NCBI GenBank assembly: GCA_965644295.1
Contig: CBFFRP010000298.1
Coordinates: forward strand, 1-64,000
Direction: 5' to 3'
Length of the DNA: 64,000 nucleotides
Source of the DNA: Paraphysomonas bandaiensis
Lineage: Eukaryota; Protista; Chrysophyceae
This document shows positions 33,751 through 48,270 of this stretch, piece after piece. The stretch's first letter is position 1. Each line of letters begins with the position of its first letter. The translations under genes were made by a program, and so were the position numbers. The notes below the pieces were generated by a model, which saw only the letters and a program-made list of their open reading frames with translations, made no database searches and was not told the DNA's origin.

Positions 33751-36217
33751 TTACCCAAACGAACCCTCCACTGCAGTAGCCGACACCACTAGTGTATCAC
33801 CTCTCAGTGGCATCAACTGTACAGCCACAGGAATTTCACTTTCAGTCTGTGGAGCACATACTCCTTCTGATTCACAATATATACTTGCCTCGACCTCGGG
33901 AGGAGACTCACTAGAAACGGCATGAACAACTGAGGACTTTCGTCGCTGCAATGAGTGCGGAATCATCGATCGGAGATATTGGCGATGTCTCCAGAAGACG
34001 ATAACAGAACCGATAAAGAGGATAACAACAACGGATATCAGCAAAACCGAAAGGCCGCTACCTGTGGGGCTTGATGTCTTTCCGTTTCCGATGGGGAGGG
34101 TTGGTCGCAAAGACGGTCTGTATGATGGAGTTGAGGTCGATGGATAGAAAGTTGGGGGAGATACGCTTGGCTGAACACTTGGTTTAGAAGTAGAAGGATG
34201 AAAAGAAGGTGTGTATGAGGGGACCGCTGATGGAAGCAACGATAGCGTAGGTGTGCCAGTCGGGCTATATGTAAGATGTAGACCATATGTTGAACCTATA
34301 TATCAGCAATCACGGTGAGGCATATTGTGAAGTCGAATACTTACAAACAGATCCTACCTGAATCTATTCCTGAGTCATCATTTCCGGGAGCACCAATAAC
34401 GATGCGGCTCTCATAAACACCAACAGCATTTCCAAATGAGTCTTCTGATCTTCCATCAGCAGCTGTTATCTTAGTTTGTTGCTCGTAATTTCCCGAGGAG
34501 TTGCTGAAAACATACACAGCTCCCGGGTCTAAAAATAATTGTATAGTGATATATTAAAACAGATTAAAAGAAAGCAGTACTAAATTATCAACCCAGGAAA
34601 ATATTCTGTGGTAAGCATGCACACATACATATGCATTGTAATTGATTACTTGTTGAAGAGTCGGAACTAATGGCTCCTATGACCAAAGAACCGCTGTCGT
34701 TGCCAGTAGCTAGACTGAATCCAAATTGCAGTTTTGTTGAAGCGTCGTCCGGAGTAAGCTTTGCATATTCCGACCACAGCCCCTGATGTGAAGAAAAAAC
34801 GTATACAGCACCTACATAATGAATAGAAAAGTGACAAATACGGTGCCAATAAATTTTATATAATTTATACAGTGATTTTCACCAGTCAGCGGATATAATA
34901 TGCACCTACATACGAATTCACACATTCAAGTACGAAATCTACCTGACTTGGATCCGTTGTCGTCGTCATAAATAGATCCTGCAAAAACGGTTGTGCCAGT
35001 TATATGTACAGCGAAACCAAAGAGGTCAGCATCCATCGCATCAGCTGGCGTGAGTTTGCTTGTTTGTGTCCAGAATGAGTTGAAGTTATACAAGTACACG
35101 CTTCCTACAGTATTTATACACGTGCTGAGACTGTGCTGTACACGATGTTGAATCTAAATACAAGCAATACACCCCGTAGAGTGATGCAAATATAACACAT
35201 AGTACGATATGTACGAAAAGGCTAGCTAAGTTATACACACCTGCAGAGACGTCATCCCCATAAGCACCCACTACTATCGATCTTCCCATAATATCCAGAG
35301 AGAATCCGAACTTATCGTTCGTACTTCCATCTGAGGGTAATAACTTCACGCTTTGAGTCCACTGATTGGCCGAACGATAGAACACATATGCAGATCCTAC
35401 ATCGCCGTCACATTAACAGCGTACAATAATTGTCGCTGTGGGAAATTTCTATACATTCTACCTGAATTGCTTCCGCGATCATCGTCTCCATTTGCGCCGA
35501 CAACAAGAGTGTTCATCTCCAACGACAGTGATATGCCAAAAGCATCTCGTTCAGTAGCATCACTGGCTAGTAATTTTCCTTCCTGGCTCCATTGAGATCC
35601 CCCACCTGCTATCGTATAGACATATACGGAGCCTACATCTGAGATACCTATGCGCATATGCCAGTGTAAGTATAACACAGAACAGACTGATAAGCAATCA
35701 TACTGCTGCTATAATACAGATTCATGTATAGACGAAGTTACATTCACACCGAGTGGTGAGAAAGTTCGTACCATTGGCGTCGTCATCGACAGCGGAAATA
35801 GCAGCAGTGTTGTCATGCAGCGCAGTGGAAAACCCAAACAAGTCATCACGCGATGCATCTGCCGGTACTATCTTGGCAGCGTATGTCCACAAAGAGCCCT
35901 CCAATGTGTATGCATATGCAGCGCCTATACATAGATACACTTACATGATTGACATGTATAAGGTCACACCACACACAGATGACAGCAGAGACAGTACTGA
36001 CCCACGTACCCGCATTGAACCCATTAGTAAAGTCTCCCGTAGCACCAATAAGGAGGAAGCCGTTGATTATACTGAGAGATCTCCCGAACCTATAGCCATC
36101 ACTACCTGCAGAGGGGATGAGAGGGGACTCCACTGACACCTCAGAGGGGAGGCCAGCCTCTGCGTGTATCGCCACAGGGATGTATAGGGATAAGAGTATG
36201 TACATATACGGGTGCAT
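33751..36217 (-). CDS. FG-GAP (integrin-alpha-like beta-propeller) type I membrane protein
   Basis: Signal peptide, seven FG..S.....VVGA..DD..SG.AY repeats, P/S/T-rich stalk, one TM helix followed by RHR, short cytoplasmic tail. Confidence 0.85.
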
Positions 36218-38480
36218 CCAACACTGTACAGACGGACAGACACACTATCGCATAGATGCACGCATATCTCTCTGTATGTATACGCAATCCAACGACACAA
36301 CACTGAGACTCGAGCTATCAGCACACAGCAGATGGGGTGTTCAGGGGGTGATATAAGCCACCCGGGGAATACGCTTGTAGAGGAGAGGAAGAGCCTCAGT
36401 GTGAGTGGCTCTCTACTTCTCCCAGCAGCCTGACTGTGTGCGTGTTCTTCCAGCAGACTCACTCCACGCACAGAACAACAACAACAACAAACTCGCTAGG
36501 AATACATACATATACAGTACAGTCAATGTACGTATATACCACTATCTACACAGCAACCGAGCCACTGTCAAAAATATACAGGTACACAGATACACAGGTA
36601 TACTATACAGTGTACAGTAGTTGTACAGTCTCGACATAGGAGGTTTTGAACGACAACATCGTATGCATCTTATTTTGCGGAAATAAATTGAAGCAAATAT
36701 ACTCCACATTACTTCAATACAACTACGGCTAGTATACAGATAATTGTTATCTCAATATTAGAGGCATTTTTGAACAAAAATATACAAAGGATGCGATACG
36801 ATCATGAGGATAAGCGGCAATATTGAGGCATGATACACAGTACATACCTGCCTCACGCTGAACCTCAGCTCGTACAACTGACTCGAATGCTGTGTGTATG
36901 ATATGAGGCCCACAATCATGATAAACAAGACGTGACCCAAACCCTGATCAAATCACCTTCCCATGAACTCTTGTAGTGTACTGAAGTGGAATGCTGAGCA
37001 TGATGCTGTATGTGTGTGTTACTGTAGAGTTGTACAGCATGTTACTCACTCTTCTATTAATTAATCCCTTCGTGGTTTGCGTCTGAATTGAGGAGCATCA
37101 CCCGCTGGTGAGCTTAACAGTGAAGCATCCCACTGGCGTGTGCTTTAAATCATTTTATAACGTTTGTAGATCAGTTTTCTTTTGCTTGAGCATACGTTGT
37201 TCTTAGGAACAACTTCACTCTACAGTAATATTCTTGAATTTGGTGTCGGGTAAGTATCCTGGGACTGGCGTTGTGTCTGTGTTGTGGTCTCTGAGTCCCC
37301 TATTTCGAAGCATGCGGAGCCCTCCGTTATATAGAGGGGGAGCAGGATAGAGGTGATGGATTTTTCGAGGGCGGGGAACTGATGTTCGAGCAGTGAGAAA
37401 GATATGTGGCGTCCACATGAGTCGGCCAATTGTGTAGCAGTAATGTGACTGGTCTGGTAGCGCTCAACCTGAGGGGTGTTTGAATTCCATTGTGCATGCG
37501 GCAGCCGTTGTGTGGTCATGCCCAGTTTTCTTTTGGCTCGATTTCTTCCCATTACGTAGGATTTGTCCCAGACTACATATGACTGTCAATAACATAATTA
37601 AGATAGAAGATAGTCTCGTTGAACCGAATATTGAAGTTGAATGCCTATATTTGTCCAGCTCTACTCTATTAGCGTTCTGTTGAAATCAATTCAAGTCAAA
37701 AAAACACTTTTGAGACAAAATGGGGATAAGTTTACAAATTATAACAACTACCAAACAATACTATCAGATCTCATATTGCATACACTACTGTCTCTAAGTA
37801 CTGTATTATTATTCTAATTGCTTACAAATAAGCAAACGTCAACAATAACGTCATCATATTAATTGTCATTGGTATGTAGCATATACCCCGTGAATGTAAA
37901 AGAAATTATCAAAGAGATGAGCCTTTTACTCCCCCATTTTTTTCTATCGTCATTCACAGTATCTATAACACCTCTATTACCAGCTGTCAGCCTATACTAG
38001 GCCTCTCAGATCGTAGATCGTCAACATCTTATGCGTCAATTTATATCAGTTCATAACTCATACCATACGTTCATTTAATACAGTTTTCTTCATGTAACGG
38101 CTCTGATTTGAATACCTTAAAATACAGGTTTTCAATACTCACAAACAAGCGAAACTCAACAGAGGGCTTCTCGATTCAGACAAGACCCTTTTACCATATT
38201 TTTTAGATGTTGTTTTGATTGTGCCTGATGCATTACTTTTAGTTATCCAGTGTATATAAAATTGCAATATACAAAGCTATATCTTATATGCTGTTGTTAC
38301 ATACCCGTAATGCATAAGACAATATAAATTTTCTTATTTATAGCGACGATGGATAAACACTCGTCAGTGAAAAAGTAATATATATAGTGTCTAACAACTA
38401 AACTGACAAACGATTACCCGTCCAGTAAATACATATAAATACACACAGGAAGCGTTGGTGGTATGCAAAAAACATTACAA

Positions 38481-41400
38481 CTACGAAATATTAAAGCGAA
38501 GAGCATTTCGCTGTATTATTTCTGTGCAGTATATTGCATAGGATCATTGTATTCTAATGAAGCTGACTTACCCTTGCAGCGAACTTGGTAAAAATCAACC
38601 AAGATCTGAAGAGCCACATATACCGGTCCCCAATGCATCTGACACAAAAGTTACAAAGTATGCGTATGACATGTCAACTTCACCTCCTCTATTTCGAAGT
38701 CAAGTGTTCTGTCTTTCATTATAATAGAAATGACGAGGGATGGGTTTCGGTGCTCATCAACATACTTCTTGGATACGGAGCGCTTCATAACGTCTGTGGT
38801 CATATCATCACGCACCTACCATATTTTATTAAACACAACATATAACGAAAACTGCATCCACCTCCAAAACATCCTTTAGCGCAACTTCTCGGGTTGAATC
38901 CAATTTAGAAAATACACTGAAACTACTTCGTCTTCGCGATGTACTCTTGCGATTACTTTGATCTAACATGTGCTGGAGATTGTGTGACTCCAGCATTGCA
39001 GCTTCAGAAGCTGATGCCACTGAGCTCGATAACGATACACGTGTGTTGTGGGTGTGTTCTTTGTCGCTATCAATACGACCAACTTCTCTCCAGTAGAGTA
39101 TCGCGAGTGAATCATCGCAGTACAGAGCTCGACGTTTGGGCTTTCCAGATCGTCCATGCTTCAGTACTAATATTCCGTTCCTTAGTCTATTCCACATATC
39201 TATAATACACTGTTTCTGATTATAAGTCAGTAGTTCCGCTCCCATAGGGCCCAACTGAGTAAGACATGGTGGTACTTCAACCTCCTCAACAGAACCGAAA
39301 TCAAATGATCCGTCTGACATCAGCGACCTGTGGTGGCTAATACGACGAGAGCGTGGGCTGCTATCGTCGTAATTATTATCCGAATCAACAGCAGGTGTGG
39401 TAATTGGCGATGACCCTTTAACAGATGACACTGTCGACTCTGTAGAGAAGCCGTAAAACTACATATCAATACACAATTACAGTACCTTCACGGATCGGTA
39501 AAAGTAACTCAACTCCGTGCTTCGGTGATGTTTGTGGTCTCGTTCCTCCATCAGGAGACGTTTTAGCTGAATCCAAACTGCTCATACTTTTTCTTCGATC
39601 TTCTGTTGCAGGTTTCTTTACATTCTTAGCAGCGTTTGTCTCAGGCCATAAATCAATGTCATCGGTAGATTCTTTTCGCGGAAAGGAATCGCACTGTTCC
39701 AGAAATCCTTCATCTAATGGTTTCGCGGGTGAGTATTCTCGGTCATCACAGTCGCTTATAATTTCAACACCCAATGAATCCTGACAACAAGCACAAAACT
39801 TTACACAAGATACTGACTAAAAAATGTATTACACATAAATCATTAGATGTCGACCAAAACATGTACTGCACAATAGCACTCATGCCCCAAGAAAAACGGT
39901 TTTACCTTATGCTGCAATCCTACCACATCCTCTGTCCCTGGCTTTCTTCGCTTTAGCACATCAGAGAGAGTCGAATTAAATGATGGTTTAGGAGATAAGA
40001 CAGTCTTTCCTTTTCCACCTTTGTGCTCAACATTAGCAGGGATGAGACCACCCAGAAGACCACTTTTCACACTGCTTGCTGGTGAGTCAACCATAGGTGA
40101 CCCAACAATACTCTCAAATGATTCTTGAGCTTTTAGGTTCCCATTGTCGAATTGCTTCGGATTTCCGATACTTTTATCCGATCTCATTGTCATGACAGGA
40201 ACCATAGTTGTTCCCAACGTACCATCGGGTCGAACACCTTTCATGGGAACCAAAGATGCATTTGAAACTGCATTTTGAAGCGAATTCACACCAACCCTAG
40301 GAGCAGACCTGCTGTGCTTCATACTGTGATAAACTGGAGCAGGAGGAACAGGATCAAATAGCTTAATCACACCCGTCGATGCATGTCTCTTTACATAGTC
40401 TACTGGCGGTATTGAAGGAGATTCTTCAGGTGGTTGAACAATCTTAGTGTCTGGTTCGGGTGGTAACTCGTCAACATCATCAGTTTCGACAACTTCAGTC
40501 TTATCGTCGGTGAGATCTGCGCTCTGTAATTTATTAAAAGATTTTTGTATCCAATTGCGCAATACGCCCCTTGCACGAGTGACTTTCGTTTTCTCAATTG
40601 TAGCTTCGCGTTTCCGTTCAAGCAGTGACGTCACAATGACCTCCATATTGCTCCTCACAATCAAACCACGCACGTATTTCTGTATAACAACGGCTGCCCA
40701 ATTCCGAATATACCTTACTCGGATTTCTTGAAATCGAACCTTCTTTTTAATTTTACGATATGCGACGATTGCAGCGACTGTCGAATGTTTCTTTCTGGGC
40801 TTCACACGGCTATTATTGTGTGACGAGAGAATAGTTGCATAGTTGCTAGATTTCCGAGTTTCAGCTGCATTAAAATCACGTCTACAAGTCGAAAAAGGAG
40901 ACATTTGCTGTTCCTCCAATTCCTCCACAATGTCCTTCTCATCTCTTCCAGTAACCAGCGATGCCCTGTGAATGTACTGACTTTCAGTTTCTTTGGAATG
41001 CCTTTTGGGTAGGTCTACTCTGATAGAATTGACTTCCAATACTTTACCAGACGGCAACTTTACCCGAGATGGAATCGATGCTAATGACCCTAACTCAGCC
41101 CTACGGACATGAATGAGTTAACATATGCAAAAAAACACGCACATACCGCAATGGACTTCCCGGAGCAAGAACTGAGCTATCACCTCGCACTATATCTAGA
41201 GCGGCGGCTTGTCGTCGGAGACTCTGAACCCGCTGCTCCCACATTTGTATACATATGTTCGTACAAGAGGGAGTATTGGCTGCCCCGTTGCATCGCCCAT
41301 TACACCACAACACTTCCTCGTCAACCACTGATGAAGCCAAGCCAGAAACATTTGACAATACATGAGGTCCCAGTGTTAATCTGCTATTCGATTCACCATG

Positions 41401-44400
41401 CTTGAACTGAGGGTCAATGCTGGCACTGATATCCAAACCAGCCGGCATTTCATCGATGCCAACTTTCTTATCAGAATATACATTTTCATACATCTTCTGC
41501 AGGGCGGACAACTTGTTCACGCTCATGGGATTCGTGCCAGATATCATGATAGCAAATAATAATACGAGAGGGTCTTGAATTTCTCCATCACACTTTCCAC
41601 TGTCGTGAGACATAAGACTCGAGGTGGAGTGGGAATCATCCTCCGCTTTGACCAACACACCATCGTTTTCAGGTGCTGTACCATTGCCATGTGACAATAT
41701 TTCACTAATAGTTTCGTTGGTTTGAGCATGCTTTTCACAGTACGCACAAAACATTTGAGTTTCTTGAAACTTGTTCATGAATTCCGTGGCACTACTTCCC
41801 ATACTTTGACGTGGAAAGTAAGCGGAAGTTTTGTTTACCTGAGGCAACTGTTGGCTAATCGACGATGCATCACTCATACTACCAATGCTACCATCTGACA
41901 GTGTCCTTCCAAACTCCTTTTCCTTCGGAGCATTAATAAGGTCACTTCGTTGTTGCCTCCGCTGCATCTTTGCTTCCCATCGCATCTGAACAGCAGTATT
42001 AACAATCTTTTGCATATGCTCTCGCATCACATCAACAAATGATATGATTGCTCCTGTAAGCAATGGTGAAGAAACTCCGTACTCATCAGCAGAGGATACA
42101 TCTCCTTCACTAAAACCTCGGCGAGAGCTACGGCTATTCGTCGGTAAACCTCTGTTAGGCGCAGAAATATCCGTTCCCATTGATTCCGTGTCATTCTCAG
42201 CAGCTACAATGCTCGCAGCTTCAGATAGTGACGGCTTCCCCCCTTCTTCAGTTTTAGACGTGGAATTAGAAGATCGGCGACGCCCTTTCCGAAGTTTATG
42301 AGATAGCTTTAGTATATTCTCAACAATCGGTTTTAAGGCTTGTTGTAGCTTCGACGCATGAGGTAGACTAAGTGTATGGCTCAATACTACATCACTGGGA
42401 TGCATGTGAATTTTATTTCTCTTTGGGTCAACAACAATCAGTCCACTGCTCATCTCAAGTCCCCGAGGGGTTGACTCCAACCCAAGAAACACTGGAACAG
42501 GAGCTTCTAAAAGGTCATGCATATTCGGGGGTGTTATCACTATAACTGGTCCCACCCATTGAATGGGTCGGAGCAAGTGCAGAAGAGATAGTACACACGC
42601 GGATAGAACTTCTAGGTTACTTGACCGTATTACTATCTTCATTTCAGTCAACGCACAACCCAGTGCCAAGAGAATCAAATCGATTGGCAGACTCTTCAGT
42701 AGCACCGGTAATGCCCACATCAAGGTACCGATACAATTCTCCTCGTCCATATCTGTTGCAACCAAACGCCGAAACGAAAACTCCTTTCGAATCATATTCA
42801 CAGTCAAACTCAGGTCCAACGTCTTTCCTGGACGGGGCACAGTCTCTCTGAGGAGCTTCAAGGCAAAACTCTCAAGTTGCCTGAGCTCAGCGTATATAGG
42901 TTCACCAGGCTCCTGCTTTTGCACTATGCCCGCTGAGTCCGATAACAAACCTTTCATATTCACAAACTCTGTTAGAAGCTGGAAAAAGAATAGAAAAAAG
43001 GGGTTATGAGTGACTAAATTGATACAGTATTGTGTTTTGATGGCAAAAGCTTTGTCATTTACGTTGCAAAAAATGACTCTAGGGATAGTCATGCATACAA
43101 CAAACTGTTGACTATTGGAATTACTGGTTAGCAGAAACGCGAATCGGGCACAAGTCCCAGCAGACCCACTCACGTTGGCGGTAGTGAGGGGGGAGGACAA
43201 CATGGATGGGTTGTAGCCAGAGATAGATGCCCGTGTCGCTGCCGCTGGCGCCGTTGCCCTCTTGCTGCTGCTCCTAATTGATAGGCGCCTGGTTAAGGGG
43301 CTTGGTAAAGCGCTGGTCGGAGGACAGCACGGAGTGACTGCTACTGAAGTCTCAATACCTGACGGAAAGCAAAACCTAGTGATAAGTGTTTCCTCCAATT
43401 CAAGGTGTGGATCATGTGATGTCATAAATATAAGGGCCGGGGCAAGGAATTTTGTCTGCTTCGTGACAGCTGAGGCAGATGACGAAGAAGACACGGGGCC
43501 TCGCAGACCCACACGAGAAGGAGTTCTGCTCAAAGTACCTGGAGAAGGATATGGCTGACTCGTATTGAGGACTGTATCAGCACTTGTAGACACGCCGTCT
43601 GTTCCTACCATTTCTTCAGCAGATGTAATATCCCGGCTAACTTGTTCTAGGAACTCATCAACATCATCCTTATTCGGTCCAACCAAAAAGAGACAATCAA
43701 TCAATCGTCCATGCTGCTGTGTGCCAGATACTTCGGCCGAGGGAGAACCGCTATGCTTATTACTTTTACCTGAAACATCACCTTGATCATAGCGCAGCCC
43801 GAGGGCCCCATCCGTACCACTCCTGCCCAGTGCAGGAGTTATCTTCGGTGGAGGAATGTACTTGGAGAGAAGGCCATGAGAATCAGAAAACGAACGCAAT
43901 CGTGTGTTTCCTGGAAGAGCTGACGGCCCATTTAGAGGTCGTCTCGTATCTACACTTAAAGTGCGCCGTAGAAAAGCAGAAGTTACAGGAGTGATATGAG
44001 TCTCTGCCATATTAACTAAACTCATTGAGGCATATTTCTGCATATCAGGTGGGCCGGATATGTCCTCATTGATGTTATTGTGTCCTTTTTCAGCTCCGCC
44101 TTCCATTGATAGAGATGTCATCACAGGTCCCTCATTTGAACTATTATCTATATCCATATCACTCGTATCAACAGCTAATGAAGGATGAGTATACTCAGGC
44201 ATAATCTCTTTCCAATGACTACGAACTAAAGTATATCCTTTCCCGTCAAATATATGAGGGCTCTCATACAATGCACGCAACACTGTATTTCTTTCTAATG
44301 TCCATTTTAGTTCATTTTCTCTTTTTGTTTTCAGTTTTTTTATCCATTTATTGCGAAACTCAAAACTTTTACACTGTTCCGTTTCATACTCTTTTATTTC

Positions 44401-44535
44401 CTCATGTTTCCACATGTTGCGCTTGTCACGCAATCTCTGTGAGGCTTTCACACGAGAAAGTGTGAGATATAAATCATCTTCCCCATCAGTAGCAGCAGGA
44501 TGGCTATCTAAATTATTAGAAATGTGTTTGTTCAT
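38481..44535 (-). CDS. DENN-domain Rab GEF-like protein with IQ motif and C-terminal PH domain, multi-exon
   Basis: uDENN LIDCLFLVG and RFCFPSG; cDENN LTEMKIVIRS..LLRPIQW..LLEAPVPVFLG; dDENN FQETQMF; IQKYVRG; PH VLKHGRSGKPKRR..LYW..RTLDFE..W. Confidence 0.85.
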
Positions 44536-45485
44536 AGGAGTTGAGGGGTGGAGGTGAATGTCAGGGGCATCATGATAGACAGGGTTGATAAGGTGAGATA
44601 TTCAGTAGTTATGTGGGGTGTGGTTACTTAGCTAGTTATTGATTAATGTATAGAAATATACGTAGGCAGATATATAGAAGGATGTATACAGGGAGAGTTA
44701 TAGGAAGAAGTGCGTAGGATAGAGAAGTGCGAGGAATGTACAGGTAGAAGTAATGTATAAGAGATAGCAGTAGCTGTATAGAGATAGTGACCAATAGGAT
44801 GATACAGAAAGAAAGTTGAGTGAAGTTCGACTTCGTTTGTTAGTATGTATGTAGGAAGTAGGTGGTCGAATTACTTTACGTTGATGGAAGAAGTGAGCAC
44901 TCGGCTATCTTGCGTGTATATGTACACAACAGTGTGTATGTATGTATGTATGTGGGTGATATACACACAGTATAATCTCAACTGTTAACGTTAATAATCT
45001 CTACTGGACTACCGCGGTATACGTGAATTACATTGTATACAACTAGATTATCAGCAATGTATATTCTAGTGGTATACAATGTATTCCATTTCACAAAAAT
45101 ATTTTACGTAAAATTTACATGTCCATTTGTCCACCTCATACCGAAACAGCTGCATCGTATTTTACATTTTTACATTATTTCTCGTCCCGTAATTGTACAA
45201 TGACCACTAAAATTTTAACTCCAGCTGCTGAAGTTACCACTCTGCCCTCATCTTAAAATCTCATTCTCCTCAACTGTACGTATATACGTGCACCTTTCAT
45301 GCTTATTGACTGTCGTCTCATACTATGGTAGTAAGCGTCTATTGTCATATATAACTATGCCTCGTATGTCACTCTAATCAACTGATTTGTTATCAGTATT
45401 AATAGTAACAAACTATCAGTGTGTTTCGTATCATACTTCAGGTACTTGTTAACTGCACATTATCAGTCACTAGCGGTGTATAAAC

Positions 45486-46509
45486 ATGATTAACGCCATA
45501 CTTCAGAGTTCATTATATAAAAAACACTGTCAGGCGGATAAGATATTAATGCCCTTATCTGTTGTGTTGGGTGTCACAGTCGGCGCTATTGTATCTGGGA
45601 ACAATGAACTATCTCCTAATTATCGTCCTGTGTCATCTATAATGGGTTGGACCTATTTTTTTATGTGGGCGATATCATTTTGGCCTCAAGTGATTACGAA
45701 TTATAAGAATCAATCTACTTTAGGATTGGCACCTGATAAGTTGATATATGATGTTGTTGGGTTTGTCTGTTTAGTTCTTTACGAGTGTTTTATGTACTTC
45801 GTACCTGTGGTTCGTGAGGCTTATGCTTATACTCACGATGGTAAAATTCCTGAGGTCGAGATTAACGATGGTAAGTGAGCTTTGTTGCCGCTGTCTGTAT
45901 CTCACATACTGTCTGTCTTTAGTGTGGTTTGCAGCGCACTCAATGCTCTTAACGTTTATTGTTATTGGACAAATGATATATTACGACGGAAAAGAGCAAA
46001 TGCCTACCACTGGAGCGATTATTTTGAGCTCGGTGTTGGGGATTGTGATTGCACTGGGTCTTGTTTCCGTGTACATGGCACGAGAGGTTGACTGCTTAGT
46101 GTGCTCGTTCTTGAATTGGCTCTATCTGCTTTCGTCCATCAAAGTATTGATAACAGTGCTCAAGTTTTATCCACAAGTGCTGTCCAATTTGCGGAGGAAA
46201 TCTACACAAGGGTGGAACATATATGGGACATGGTTGGATCTCACTGGTAGCATTTTGAGCATTCTACAGCTTACACTAGACTGCTACGACCAGAATGATT
46301 GGAAAGGCGTAGAGGGTAACTTCGTCAAGATGGCACTTGGCGTGATATCGGGTTCGTATGATATTATTTTTATCATACAACATTACATATTATATCCGAA
46401 TACTGGTGACGATCGAGTGGTGGAGGGGAGTGCAGCTGGGGGAGTCGAGTTGAAATATACTAAAGTAGTGCAGGACGACGGGGATGGAGATGATGCTGCC
46501 AGTGTTTAA
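45486..46509 (+). CDS. CTNS: Cystinosin-like PQ-loop transporter (2 exons)
   Basis: GWTYFFMWAISFWPQVITNY, KFYPQVLSNLRRKSTQGWNI..LDLTGSILSILQ, FIIQHYILY. Confidence 0.9.
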
Positions 46510-48270
46510 GATTAATGAATAGCAAGTGTTTTTGAATCATATGTCTCTCATGTTTTTTATGCCATGGTTGTGTGTAAAATTGACGTAATTTACTACTTAA
46601 CACTTAACACAATTGCATACTTGCATACTATGGAAGCACTCGCTTAGCAAACAAAAAGATAACAATTCTACGCACTGAGGAAGTGTTGTTTAGACTAAAA
46701 TGCTATTGCAATATATTGTTCTCTATTTCTGGCATACTTCACTCGAAATTAATTGAAGCGTTCATGCACCAATTCATTACCTGAATTCATCGAGCAAATA
46801 GAGCCATAACAATAATTATAAATGGAAATTATACATATTGCTTGCATTCCTACCATAGAATTATCATTTATAATTAATAAATATATCACAAGTGCATATC
46901 TATAGTAATGGGAGAGAATGCATACTGTTGAAGTGTTGAAACTTAGGTTCATGTCTATACTATTGATAAAGACTCAGCCAACGACGACGAATGATGTAAT
47001 TTCTGTAGCCCTTGTATACCCTTTTTCCCTACCACGTGCGTTGACAGCGATGTATAAGGCAAACTATTGCGAGTATAACGCAATAGTTGTTGGAATGCTA
47101 CGAACGGTAACTCACTGAAGCAATGTAAACGTACTCTTGAAGTATATAATATTTAACAAAGGTTAACATTATACTCAACTCACACAACCGATCAATAAAT
47201 ACTTTCATTCGGAATAAGGTGTACGACTTTAATAGAAGTATGTCGTGTAAGTATGGTGTACGAAAAGGTTACGAAATCAACTGCAATAAACGCAATGTCG
47301 AATGACTTACTCTCCCGCACGCTAGTATGCATGCATATCTTACGAGAGTATGTATATATATACAGTGCAGTGCATACAGGTAAGGAGGCATGTAGCGTAG
47401 AAGAGCTGTAGTTGATTGTGCTTCAATCACCTCATCTGTACGTCATCTACATACATATGCATACCTTCAAGAGTTGTTAGAGTCTATAGTACAAGCAGCA
47501 AGATAACCACTACAGTCACTGCAGCAGTATCCTATGGGCAATGCGGGGTGCATTGTGCATCGATTATTCGTCAACTGTCAACGGGTTATTATTCCGCACT
47601 AATTCCTAGTCGTGTATCTTCAGTGCATGGACGAAGAAATCCAGCACGAACGAAACTAACAAGTTTTGTGTACATGAAAACGCCCGATTTTATAGGAACT
47701 ATGCCCTTTTTATATATAAAATATCGATTTTTATGATCACTCCAGATGAATCCAATCATATAGATCTATTATATTTTAAGTATACATAATTGGACATAAA
47801 CTTCATAGGGGAAGAATACCAATTCCACCCTCCAGAGAGTTTCTATTTCCATCTTCTCAACGTCTTTTGGCCAAAAATACAATACGTACATCCCTACTTT
47901 CCATAGGTACATCCAATCACAGGTACACATATAGTTGTTGATGCATATCTGATATCTATTCGGGAGTGTATGTGCTGTGTACGTACAGTAGTATGTATAT
48001 GGCTTGTATATATGTACACAGTCCTCGATACAGCAACTTCACCTTCACCAATCCACTAGTCCTCTCCATACACCAAACCTCATCTTCATATACATGTTGA
48101 CTTTACCCAGTCATCTCATATAACCATATACAGTGCTAATCCAATATATCAAACTACCACTATACATATACATATACACCAGTACATAACTTCATACTAC
48201 TCTATCCATACATACATACATACATACACATACATAACCACAACACACACACCTAACCATCATCACACAA

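Noticed and set aside
37215-37552. 110-aa minus-strand ORF MGRNRAKRKLG...
   Set aside because: No motif or convincing splice model; cannot distinguish from chance.
42044-44557. Plus-strand ORFs antisense to the DENN gene (likewise within the RAP and FG-GAP genes)
   Set aside because: Shadow ORFs of long coding exons.
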